Assembly: GCA_041665025.1 (NCBI GenBank)
Contig: JBAYJP010000001.1
Location: forward strand, 211,996-275,995
Direction of reading: 5' to 3'
Length of the DNA: 64,000 nt
Source of the DNA: Candidatus Magasanikiibacteriota bacterium
GTDB taxonomy: Bacteria; Patescibacteriota; Patescibacteriia; Magasanikbacterales; UBA922
Under the pieces are notes generated by a model. It worked only from the letters and a program-made list of their open reading frames with translations, was not told the origin of the DNA and ran no database searches. Positions 45,860 to 55,026 of this stretch are shown here, piece after piece. Within the stretch, counting starts at the first letter, position 1, and each line of letters begins with the position of its first letter. A program made the position numbers and the translations under genes.

Positions 45860-47425
45860 ATGAACGAATTGAAATTTGATTTTCTTGTTATCGGCTCAGG
45901 CATCGCAGGCCTGAATTTTGCATTGGAAGCAAGTAAATATGGCACTGTCGCGATTGTAACAAAAAAAGAATTGATGGAAAGCAATTCAAATTATGCTCAA
46001 GGTGGCATTGCCGCGGTACTTGATAAGATGGACAATTTTGGTAGTCATATAGAAGACACACTACAAGCCGGTTGTTATCTGAATGACAAAAAAGCTGTTG
46101 AAACCATGGTAAAAGAAGCGCCAAAGCAAATCCAAAAACTGATTAAAATTGGTGTTGGTTTTAGTAAATGTGAAGATAATCTCTGTTTAACCAAAGAAGG
46201 CGGGCATTCTATGCGTCGTATTGCCCATGTGCATGATACGACCGGAAAAGAAATAGAGCGCGCGTTGATTCACCAGGTGCGGCACAATGCGCGCATAAAA
46301 ACATTTGAATCTCATGTGGCGTTTGAATTGTTTATAAATAATCAGGGATTAGGGAACAGAGAACAGCAGACAAAATCTGATCCCTATTCCCTGTTCCCTA
46401 TTCCCCAATGTTTAGGTTCATTCGTCTTAAACACCGAAGACAATGAGATTTTAGCATTCCAGGCAAAAGCCACAATCCTCGCAACCGGCGGAACAGGTCA
46501 AGTATACAAGCGAAATTCAAATCCAAAAATTGCAACGGGCGATGGGGTGGCTATGGCATACGAAGCAGGGGCAGAAATTCGCGACATGGAATTTATTCAA
46601 TTTCATCCAACCGCGCTTGCAAAAAAAGGCAAACCGGCTTTACTTATTTCTGAAACAGTTCGCGGTGAGGGTGGAATTCTAAAAAACGCCAAAGGCGAAG
46701 CATTCATGAAAAGTCTCCACAAACTAAAAGACTTGGCACCACGCGATATTGTTTCTCGCGCGATATTTGAAGAGATGAAACAAGGACCAGTATATTTGGA
46801 TATCCGACATAAGGGAAGCACCTATATCAAACAACGATTCCCCTACCTCTACAACGAACTCTGGTGGTACGGAGTGAAAATGGATACAGATCTTATTCCT
46901 GTCGCTCCAGCCGCTCACTTCACCTGCGGTGGAGTTCAGACAAACTTAAACGGTGAAACGAATATTTCCGGACTATTCGCATTTGGTGAAGTAGCACATA
47001 CGGGTGTACATGGTGCAAACAGGCTGGCGTCAAATTCGTTGCTGGAGTGTATGGTATTTAGTTCACGAGCTGTGACCGCAGCAAAAAAGTATATTAAAAC
47101 GTGTAGCGATGTGAAAGGAAATAAAGAAGGATTTTTACGTAACACATATCACGTAACCCATAGCAAAAACCTAACGATAGCAAAGTTGAAAAGAGATATT
47201 CAAACACTCATGTGGGAGAATGTTGGAATTGTAAGAAAAGAAAAAAAGATGAAAAAAACACTCGAAATATTAAAAAGATATGAAAAAGATATTAAAATAA
47301 TATTAAAAAACGGTGTAAATAAAGAAATTCTTGAGTTGAAATCATTGTGTATTGTTGCTACACTTATCACGCAAGCTGCACTAGAGAGAAGAGAAAGTGT
47401 GGGGACACATTTTATTATTCCGTAG
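45860..47425 (+). CDS. nadB: L-aspartate oxidase
   Basis: FAD motif DFLVIGSGIAGLNFAL and a succinate-dehydrogenase/fumarate-reductase-flavoprotein-like core. Confidence 0.9.
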   Translation: MNELKFDFLVIGSGIAGLNFALEASKYGTVAIVTKKELMESNSNYAQGGIAAVLDKMDNFGSHIEDTLQAGCYLNDKKAVETMVKEAPKQIQKLIKIGVGFSKCEDNLCLTKEGGHSMRRIAHVHDTTGKEIERALIHQVRHNARIKTFESHVAFELFINNQGLGNREQQTKSDPYSLFPIPQCLGSFVLNTEDNEILAFQAKATILATGGTGQVYKRNSNPKIATGDGVAMAYEAGAEIRDMEFIQFHPTALAKKGKPALLISETVRGEGGILKNAKGEAFMKSLHKLKDLAPRDIVSRAIFEEMKQGPVYLDIRHKGSTYIKQRFPYLYNELWWYGVKMDTDLIPVAPAAHFTCGGVQTNLNGETNISGLFAFGEVAHTGVHGANRLASNSLLECMVFSSRAVTAAKKYIKTCSDVKGNKEGFLRNTYHVTHSKNLTIAKLKRDIQTLMWENVGIVRKEKKMKKTLEILKRYEKDIKIILKNGVNKEILELKSLCIVATLITQAALERRESVGTHFIIP

Positions 47426-47462
47426 TTCGTAATTTCGTAACATTTCGCAAGTTCGGACATAT

Positions 47463-48563
47463 ATGATAATCCTTGGCATCGAAAGTTCATGCGACGATAC
47501 ATCAGTCGCATTACTGGATATAACAGACGACCACATTGAAATCCTTGCGGAAAAAACTGCAAGCCAAATTGATGTACACAAAAAATATGGCGGGGTCGTG
47601 CCAGAGATTGCGGGACGAAAGCATGCGGAAAAAATTGTACCATTGGTTGAACATATTCTTGAAGAAGCTAGGGTTACTAAACCTGATGTAATTGCAGTTA
47701 CGTCTGGTCCGGGTTTAATAACGGGACTTGTGGTGGGAGTTGAAACAGCCAAGACGCTTTCTTATTTATGGGATGTACCTATTGTAGGTGTGAATCATAT
47801 TGAGGGACATATACATAGTGTAAAAATTCCAAATACCAAGATACAAGATACAAATAAATTTCCAATTTCCAATTTCAAATTTCCAGTACTTAGTCTCATT
47901 GCATCAGGAGGCCACACAGAACTTATCCTTTCTAAAAAACAAGGAGAATATGAACGAATAGGAAGTACAGTAGATGATGCTGCTGGAGAATGTTTTGACA
48001 AAGTAGCAAAACTGCTTGGGTTTGATTATCCTGGTGGACCAAAAATTTCAAAATTTGCTGAAACAGGAAACCCCCATGCCATAGAATTTCCTCGACCAAT
48101 GATACATTCAAAAGACTTCAACTTTAGTTTTGCCGGACTCAAAACCGCAGCACTCTATTGGCTGCGAGATAATCAATTATCTGCTTCTCACACACTATCT
48201 TACGAACTTCCAGCCGGAATATTCGGACAAACACCAGAACAACCCACGATCAACGACTTTTGTTCAAGTTTCGAACAAGCTATCATTGATGTCCTGGTTA
48301 CTAAAACCCTCAACGCAGCAAAAAAATACAAACCAAAAACTGTTATTTTAGGTGGTGGAGTTTCTGCAAACAAAAAATTACGTGAGACATTACAAAAAAG
48401 CATTGAAGAAAATTTTCCGGCTTCTAGTTTCTTTCTTCCCTTACCCAAGTATGCCATGGACAATGCGGCCATGATAGCTGTTGCGGCATACCATCATGTA
48501 AAAAAGAAAGAATTTACGTTGTGGCAAAAATTACAAGCAAATCCAAATTGGAAAATATATTAA
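47463..48563 (+). CDS. tsaD: tRNA N6-adenosine threonylcarbamoyltransferase
   Basis: MIILGIESSCDDTSVALL, GVNHIEGH and SGGHTEL motifs. Contains AATTTCC-type heptamer repeats at 47838-47884. Confidence 0.9.
   Translation: MIILGIESSCDDTSVALLDITDDHIEILAEKTASQIDVHKKYGGVVPEIAGRKHAEKIVPLVEHILEEARVTKPDVIAVTSGPGLITGLVVGVETAKTLSYLWDVPIVGVNHIEGHIHSVKIPNTKIQDTNKFPISNFKFPVLSLIASGGHTELILSKKQGEYERIGSTVDDAAGECFDKVAKLLGFDYPGGPKISKFAETGNPHAIEFPRPMIHSKDFNFSFAGLKTAALYWLRDNQLSASHTLSYELPAGIFGQTPEQPTINDFCSSFEQAIIDVLVTKTLNAAKKYKPKTVILGGGVSANKKLRETLQKSIEENFPASSFFLPLPKYAMDNAAMIAVAAYHHVKKKEFTLWQKLQANPNWKIY
47838..47884. repeat. tandem heptamers (CAAGATA x2, then AATTTCC/AATTTCA x4) inside tsaD
   Basis: Direct reading; encodes KIQDTNKFPISNFKFP in a loop between the GVNHIEGH and SGGHTEL motifs. 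Confidence 0.85.
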
Positions 48564-48565
48564 TG

Positions 48566-48641
48566 TACGAAATGCGAAAACTGCGAAAGGTACGAAAAAA
48601 TATATTTCGAATATTTCGTAGTTTTCGGATTTCGTACATAA
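48566..48641. repeat. AT-rich palindrome of TACGAAA-type words, related to 30111-30181
   Basis: gtacgaaatgcgaaaactgcgaaa is near-reverse-complementary to tttcgtagttttcggatttcgtac. Confidence 0.7.
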
Positions 48642-48650
48642 TTACCATGT

Positions 48651-49589
48651 ATGGGATTAAAAATTATCAGTGGCAGTAGCCACAAACAATTTACCCGTGC
48701 CGTCTGTGAACATCTCGGCATTCAAGAAACCAAGACAACGGCCAAAGTTTTTAGTAATGAAAATCGTTTTATTAAAATTGAAGAACCGGTGCGCGGAGAT
48801 GATGTGTTTGTAATTCAAACTCAAGCGTCACCGGTTGATGCACACATCATGGAACTCCTGATGATTATCCGAACTCTGCGCGATGCATCTGCCAAACGCA
48901 TTACCGCAGTCCTCCCCTACTTGCCTTATATTCGTTCTGACAAAAAAGATCAACCACGCGTTTGTCTTGCCGCGCGGCTCATGGCTGACATGTTGCAAAC
49001 CGCAGGAGCAAATCGCGCGCTTATCATGGAAATGCACTCTCCTCAGACACAAGGATTCTTTTCTATCCCAACTGATCATATTATCGCCGCACCCGACATC
49101 GTTACTCACTTGAAACACAATTGGGATTTAAGTAATTATGTACTTATTGCCGGAGACAGCGGAGCGGCAAAACTCCTTCAACCATATGCAGATAGCCTGC
49201 ATCTGCCTGTTGCTATTATGGATAAGCGACGTATGGGGAATGAAGAACAGGTTTCGATCAAAGGAGTTATTGGGGATGTACACGGCAAGAAAGGATTAAT
49301 TATAGACGACGAAACATCAAGTGGTGGTACGCTCATAGAAAATACGAAATTTTTACTCGCACAAAGCGGGGTACTTAGTGTCGATGTATGTTTCATCCAT
49401 GCCGCACTCGGGAAGGGTGCCGTGGAAAAATTAAACAGCTCTCCTATTGGACGTTTTATCACGACCGATACCATCCCCCTCACTGACGAACTTCGCAATG
49501 TGGAAATTGTTTCAGTTGCAGGACGTTTTGCAGAGTTTATCCAAAGAATACATGATGACAAGAGTGTAAAGTCAATAAATGACCTTTAA
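48651..49589 (+). CDS. prs: ribose-phosphate pyrophosphokinase
   Basis: PRPP synthetase motifs (IFSGSSH..., IIDDETSSGGTL). Confidence 0.9.
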   Translation: MGLKIISGSSHKQFTRAVCEHLGIQETKTTAKVFSNENRFIKIEEPVRGDDVFVIQTQASPVDAHIMELLMIIRTLRDASAKRITAVLPYLPYIRSDKKDQPRVCLAARLMADMLQTAGANRALIMEMHSPQTQGFFSIPTDHIIAAPDIVTHLKHNWDLSNYVLIAGDSGAAKLLQPYADSLHLPVAIMDKRRMGNEEQVSIKGVIGDVHGKKGLIIDDETSSGGTLIENTKFLLAQSGVLSVDVCFIHAALGKGAVEKLNSSPIGRFITTDTIPLTDELRNVEIVSVAGRFAEFIQRIHDDKSVKSINDL

Positions 49590-49695
49590 TAATTTTTAAT
49601 TTACAATTTACAATTTGAAAACAATTCACAATTTCTAAATTTTTTAATTTAAAATTGTTTGTAAATTGTAAATTTCAAATTGAAAATTTATTTAT

Positions 49696-49956
49696 ATGCC
49701 TTATATTTCCCAACCCGATCGCGACCGTTTGGATGGCGCGATTGAAAATCTTACTAAGCTCATCAACCCAAACCAACGTGCAGGTGATCTAAATTATTCT
49801 ATCACACGCCTCTTACTTCTCAACCAAGGTGAAGGGCGATACAAAGATTGGAACGAGCTTGTAGGTGTACTTGAATGTGCAAAGCAAGAACTCTATCGCA
49901 GAAAAATTGGTCCTTACGAGGACAAAAAGATGGAGGAAAATGGCGACGCATATTAG
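49696..49956 (+). CDS. hypothetical protein
   Basis: 86-aa ORF with no recognised motif; convergent with the next ORF. Confidence 0.3.
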   Translation: MPYISQPDRDRLDGAIENLTKLINPNQRAGDLNYSITRLLLLNQGEGRYKDWNELVGVLECAKQELYRRKIGPYEDKKMEENGDAY

Positions 49957-50219
49957 TTGAGTTCGTCTGGTAATTTCCCTATAGCCAATTCTGCATAGTG
50001 TTTTTCTAAAACTTTAAACGGTGCCACTACGCGCTGATCTGCCACTTTTAGATGAGAATCATCTCTATGTTGACGCGTTAATTCCAAAAATTTATCTACG
50101 GCCTCATCGGGTATATCCTCCATCTCTCTGTGAAGCAGAGTTGCCATCTGTGCACGAGCTTGATCAAAACTATACTCAGGGACGTGTTCCCGTGAAAAAT
50201 CATGGTTACGTTCGGGCAT
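49953..50219 (-). CDS. hypothetical protein downstream of dnaE
   Basis: Start trimmed to MPERNHDF; no recognised motif. Confidence 0.3.
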   Translation of the reverse strand: MPERNHDFSREHVPEYSFDQARAQMATLLHREMEDIPDEAVDKFLELTRQHRDDSHLKVADQRVVAPFKVLEKHYAELAIGKLPDELN

Positions 50220-50239
50220 ATAGAAAATAAAATTAAAAA

Positions 50240-53200
50240 TTAATTTCTGACCTCGATAAGGCAAGATGGTATAATATCGTGTAGAGAATAATTAAATTTT
50301 TCACTCCACAAAACTTGTGACTGGGTACGGATGACACGTCCTCCAACTTTTATGTACAATGCATACTCACCTGGATGTGCTCCAAATATTTTCTTTAAGT
50401 CATCTGCGTGCGTTTTCAACTCTTCTTGAGACAAAGAAATGATAACACGCTTTGAACTCTCTGGCTTAACATTTTTTCCATTTTGATTGATAGAAAAAAA
50501 CTTTGCTATTTCAGAAATATTTTGTTTGTTAATTTCATACGCCTTTTCTACAAAAATCTTATTATCGCCTTCTTCTTTTGGCGTCTTGCCCCACACGCAA
50601 ATGACATTACCCTCTTTCCATACATGTTTTGATTCTTCATACGTCCGTGGAAATACCAATAATTCTATAGAGCCCGTTTGATCTTGCATGGTGGCAAACA
50701 TCATAATATCACCTTTTTTGGTAATCTTCTTTTTAAGTGAATCAATAACACCGCCGACGGTAAGCGTGCTATCGCGCGGAAACTCTTCCATTTCAGAAAG
50801 CGGAGTTATGCGTCCTCTGAGAACCGTTTCATAATATGCAAAAGGATGAGAAGAAACATAGAGCCCGAGCAAATTCTTTTCCCACACCAATTTCTCATCC
50901 ATAGTCGCGTTTGGTCCGGGTTTCAAAAGTACTTTATTATCAAGTGCAATTTCTGTGCCGGCAAAAAGCGAATTTTGATTGGTTACACGTTTTTCACGCA
51001 CTTGCCGAACGAATGAAAGCAAATTCTCAATATTATTCAAAAGTAGACCGCGGTCATATCCAAAACAATCCATAGCTCCGGCCTGAATCAAACTTTCTAG
51101 AGATTTTTTATTCAAATCTTTGTCATCAATACGTTCCGAAAGATCTTCAAGAGAAGTATAGGGACCATGTTCTCTTTTCTCACGATAAATAACCTCACTG
51201 ATGTGTTCCCCTAAATTTTTTATAGCCGAAAGTCCGAAGCGAATACGGCCTGGTTCACCTGGTTTTGAAACCATGGCAAAATTTCTAAAACTTTCATTCA
51301 CGTCTGGTGGCAACACTTCAATATTCATCCGGTGGCATTCATGCACAATCGCCGCAACCTTTTCTGCGTCCCCTGCTTCAGCCTGAAGCACCGCAGTCAT
51401 GTATTGCACAGGATAATGCGCTTTCATGTATGCAGTCTGATAAGCAACCGTGCCATAACTTGCCGCATGAGCTTTGTTGAAACCATAAGCCGCGAATGGT
51501 TCAATAAGACGCCACAATTCATCAATTTTTTGCTGAGGTAAATTTCCATGATCGCGGCAGCCTTGGTAAAATTTTATTTTCTGTTTTTCCATCTCCTCTG
51601 GAATTTTTTTACCAATAGCTTTTCTAAATTTGTCTGCTTCAGTCCAATCATATCCCGCAAGTTCAATCGCAGTCAAAATGACGTCATCTTGATATACGAG
51701 GAGACCAAACGATGCTTCCAAATATTTTTTCATGCGCGGATCGAGATAATCAATTACTTCTGGATTATGCTTGCGCCGAATATATTCGGGAATGCTCTCC
51801 ATAGGACCCGGACGATACAACGCCACCATAGCCATGATATCATCTATTGTGGTTGGCTTAAGTTCTTTGAGCCAACGCGTCATACCGCTACCACCAAGTT
51901 GAAAAGTCCCCATAGTCTCTCCGCGCGCAAGCATTTCAAATGTTGACGTATCGTCAAGCGGTAAAGTATATACGTCCACATGTTCGCCCAATGTTTTTTC
52001 TACGATTTCAACAGCTTTTCCCAAAATAGAAAGGTTGCGAATGCCAAGAAAGTCCATCTTGAGAAGGCCTGCGGCTTCAACCGCATGCATTTCATATTGG
52101 GTAATAACTTTTTCTCCGCCTGTTTCACGCTGTATAGGAGTAAAATCAGTAAGCGGACGAGGCGCAATAACCACGCCAGCTGCATGAATTGAGGTATGGC
52201 GGGCATTTCCTTCAACTTTTTGAGCTAAGTCGAGCAAGCGCTTTACGTCAGGATTTGATTCATATAATTTTTTTAAATCAGGTTCTTCAATAAGCGCGCG
52301 TTCAATGGTCATAGGGAAACCCTGTGAACCCATAGGGATAAGTTTTGCCACTTGATCACAAAAGCTGTATGACAAACCAAGAGCACGCCCAACATCACGT
52401 GCGCTCGCACGCGCTGCCATAGTTCCAAACGTGATAATCTGTGCAACTTTGTCTGCACCATATTTACCTGTCACATAGGCGATCATATCGTCTCTGCGAT
52501 CGTCTGCAAAGTCAGTATCAATATCTGGAGGAGAAGGACGATGCGGATTTAAAAAACGTTCGAAAGGCAATTTGAAACGGATTGGATCAACTGTTGTAAT
52601 GCCAATTACATACGAGACAAGCGAGCCTGCAGCAGATCCTCTCGTAGTCTGAACAATGCCATGACTTTTGGCATAATGTACATAATCTGAAACGCACAAA
52701 AAGTAAGGAGAATATCCCTTTGTCTTGATAATATCCAATTCATATTCAACGCGGTCTTTCACTTCTTGCGTGACGGGGTTATAAAAGTGTTCTATTTTTT
52801 CAAACGCCATATCGCGCAATACATCATCAGCTGTCTTATGTTCAGGCAATTCAATGCTCGCAAAATTCCACTTATTGAGGGTAATTTCAATGCCAACGCG
52901 ATCCGCGATATGAACTGTATTTTCTAAAGCTTCGGGAACATGACGAAAACGAGACGCAATGTCTTTTGCCGTGTTGAGGGACCTGTCAATATGACGACGA
53001 TCTTCACGATTTCGTTCCGGTACTTTCCATCCTTCTGAAATACAACGCACAACGTCTTGGGCCTCTGACTCGTCTTGACTCAGATAATGTACATCACGCG
53101 TCACCACGAGAGGTATTCCTGTTTCCTTTGATAATTGAATAAGTTTTGTATTCACGTCCAATTGCCCTTCAATTGCCGGATGATCTTGAAGTTCTAAATA

Positions 53201-53713
53201 AAAATTATTTTTACCAAAAATAGTTTCAAACTCGCAGGCGAGATTCTTTGCTTCTTCAATTCTATTTTGTTTGATCAATTGCGGTATCTCCCCTTCTATA
53301 GGGCCTGACAGGGCAATAATATTTTTTGAATATTCTTTCAATATTTTTTTGTCAACCCTGGGTTTTCCATTAAAAAATCCTTCCAAATGTCCGATCGAGG
53401 ATATTTTCAAAAGATTTTGATACCCATAAAAATTTTCTGCAAGCAATATAAGATGATAAATATCTTTGTCTTTTTCCAAATCCTTGTCATGAAGTGATCG
53501 TGGCGCAATGTACATTTCAAGCCCAATAATAGGCTTCAAACCTTGTTTGTTGCATTGTTCATAAAATTCAATTGCGCCATACAACGACCCATAGTCAGTC
53601 AATGCCAAAGATGAAAAACCTCGTTCTTTTGCAGCCTTAACAAGCGGTTTAATTTGAGTTAATCCATTGAGAAGTGAGTAATGCGAGTGAACATGAAGAT
53701 GCACGAAATCCAT
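50240..53713 (-). CDS. dnaE: DNA polymerase III alpha subunit
   Basis: PHP domain MDFVHLHVHSHYSLLNG, polymerase core and an OB fold; 1157 aa. Confidence 0.95.
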   Translation of the reverse strand: MDFVHLHVHSHYSLLNGLTQIKPLVKAAKERGFSSLALTDYGSLYGAIEFYEQCNKQGLKPIIGLEMYIAPRSLHDKDLEKDKDIYHLILLAENFYGYQNLLKISSIGHLEGFFNGKPRVDKKILKEYSKNIIALSGPIEGEIPQLIKQNRIEEAKNLACEFETIFGKNNFYLELQDHPAIEGQLDVNTKLIQLSKETGIPLVVTRDVHYLSQDESEAQDVVRCISEGWKVPERNREDRRHIDRSLNTAKDIASRFRHVPEALENTVHIADRVGIEITLNKWNFASIELPEHKTADDVLRDMAFEKIEHFYNPVTQEVKDRVEYELDIIKTKGYSPYFLCVSDYVHYAKSHGIVQTTRGSAAGSLVSYVIGITTVDPIRFKLPFERFLNPHRPSPPDIDTDFADDRRDDMIAYVTGKYGADKVAQIITFGTMAARASARDVGRALGLSYSFCDQVAKLIPMGSQGFPMTIERALIEEPDLKKLYESNPDVKRLLDLAQKVEGNARHTSIHAAGVVIAPRPLTDFTPIQRETGGEKVITQYEMHAVEAAGLLKMDFLGIRNLSILGKAVEIVEKTLGEHVDVYTLPLDDTSTFEMLARGETMGTFQLGGSGMTRWLKELKPTTIDDIMAMVALYRPGPMESIPEYIRRKHNPEVIDYLDPRMKKYLEASFGLLVYQDDVILTAIELAGYDWTEADKFRKAIGKKIPEEMEKQKIKFYQGCRDHGNLPQQKIDELWRLIEPFAAYGFNKAHAASYGTVAYQTAYMKAHYPVQYMTAVLQAEAGDAEKVAAIVHECHRMNIEVLPPDVNESFRNFAMVSKPGEPGRIRFGLSAIKNLGEHISEVIYREKREHGPYTSLEDLSERIDDKDLNKKSLESLIQAGAMDCFGYDRGLLLNNIENLLSFVRQVREKRVTNQNSLFAGTEIALDNKVLLKPGPNATMDEKLVWEKNLLGLYVSSHPFAYYETVLRGRITPLSEMEEFPRDSTLTVGGVIDSLKKKITKKGDIMMFATMQDQTGSIELLVFPRTYEESKHVWKEGNVICVWGKTPKEEGDNKIFVEKAYEINKQNISEIAKFFSINQNGKNVKPESSKRVIISLSQEELKTHADDLKKIFGAHPGEYALYIKVGGRVIRTQSQVLWSEKFNYSLHDIIPSCLIEVRN

Positions 53714-53815
53714 ACATTGCCGTTTATATCTCCTCTATAGTACGCAAAAATCAGACTTAAATCAAGTTGCACTAATGAACATAACTATGTATACTGTATA
53801 TATCTAATTCTTAAC

Positions 53816-54403
53816 TTGTTAATTATGCAAAAAATCCATCTTGGAGGAATATGCATAGGTTTAGCACTCCTTCTTGGTGCAGGATGCGTGCCTGTAGAAA
53901 ATTTACAAAATATTTCCAATAACCAAGAAGACGCAAATGAAACACCCGAGGAAAATGAACAAAATAATTCAAATACCCCGGAAGAAATAGTACCTACTCC
54001 TGTAGAACAGGCAAGAACCGAACCAGTCGTATCTATCATAGTAAATGACCAGAAAATTTTGGTTGACAGCTCAAATGAAATGGGTGTCCCTGCAAACGCA
54101 ATTGTGGTGGAACGAGTAAAAAATGAAGTTGGCATCTGGCTTGCACTCTATGTAAGCAATAATGGCGAAGCAGGAAAATTTTTAGGCAATGCGTATCTTT
54201 CCGCAGGCAGCCACGAACGCGTTCCTGTATATATTGCCATGCCAAATATTACACAAGCAGAACTTGACGTAGTGCGAGAAATGGTCGTAGTAGTTCATCG
54301 CGATGCAGGAATTCAAAGACAGTTTGAATACGGCGGCGCTGATACATTCTTTACCACAAGCAATGGCAGTGTAATAAAAGACGTATTCAAAGTACTCGAG
54401 TAA
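53816..54403 (+). CDS. hypothetical lipoprotein
   Basis: Lipobox LLLGAGC. An antisense ORF (53785..54135) is rejected. Confidence 0.5.
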   Translation: MLIMQKIHLGGICIGLALLLGAGCVPVENLQNISNNQEDANETPEENEQNNSNTPEEIVPTPVEQARTEPVVSIIVNDQKILVDSSNEMGVPANAIVVERVKNEVGIWLALYVSNNGEAGKFLGNAYLSAGSHERVPVYIAMPNITQAELDVVREMVVVVHRDAGIQRQFEYGGADTFFTTSNGSVIKDVFKVLE

Positions 54404-54420
54404 AAAACGCAACAAATAAT

Positions 54421-54448
54421 AAAATCCCCCTTCATGGGGGATTTTATT
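54421..54448 (+). terminator. intrinsic terminator
   Basis: aaaatccccc-ttcat-gggggatttt followed by att. Confidence 0.6.
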
Positions 54449-54525
54449 AAATATTTTGTAATTTTTTCAATCTTGAATTTATCCGGCGTAGCCCGAGGAA
54501 CGAGGGCGGAGACGGAATCTTGATT

Positions 54526-54843
54526 TCATTTCTTTTTCGCTTTTTTCTTCTCTCCTCGTTCATCCAGCTTCGAGGATAATTTTCCTACCACATATTTCTC
54601 TACAATCTGTCCCAAAACTCCGCTCACCATTCCCATGTGCCCAGTCAACGAATCAACTTTTTTTCGTATAAATTCTACGGCATCGGAAATGAGCTCAAGT
54701 TTATTGGTAAGAATTTCAGTTATACGATTGATATTGCGCAAAGTTCGCGCAGCTTGATACAGTAGCCAACATAAAAAAACTGTAAACCATAAAATTGACA
54801 AAGACAGCACTACATAGAGCAAGTCTTTACTTGTTTCAAACAT
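54526..54843 (-). CDS. small membrane/coiled-coil protein (DUF948-like)
   Basis: One TM helix followed by a coiled coil and a Lys-rich tail. Confidence 0.35.
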   Translation of the reverse strand: MFETSKDLLYVVLSLSILWFTVFLCWLLYQAARTLRNINRITEILTNKLELISDAVEFIRKKVDSLTGHMGMVSGVLGQIVEKYVVGKLSSKLDERGEKKKAKKK

Positions 54844-54896
54844 ATGACAGGCAAATTAAAAATGAATGTTGATTGAATCTAGTATACCACAATGGA

Positions 54897-55026
54897 ATTC
54901 AACGTGCAATTTTACTACTAGAAATCACATAGCACATAACACGTAACATAAAAACAAAAAAATCTTTAACACGTTTTTGTTATGTGTTATGTGTTATGTG
55001 TTATGTGCTATGTGTTACGTGAACAC
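54897..55026. repeat. palindromic array of ACATAAC / GTTATGT heptamer words
   Basis: cacatagcacataacacgtaacat...gttatgtgttatgtgttatgtgctatgtgttacgtg. Confidence 0.7.
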
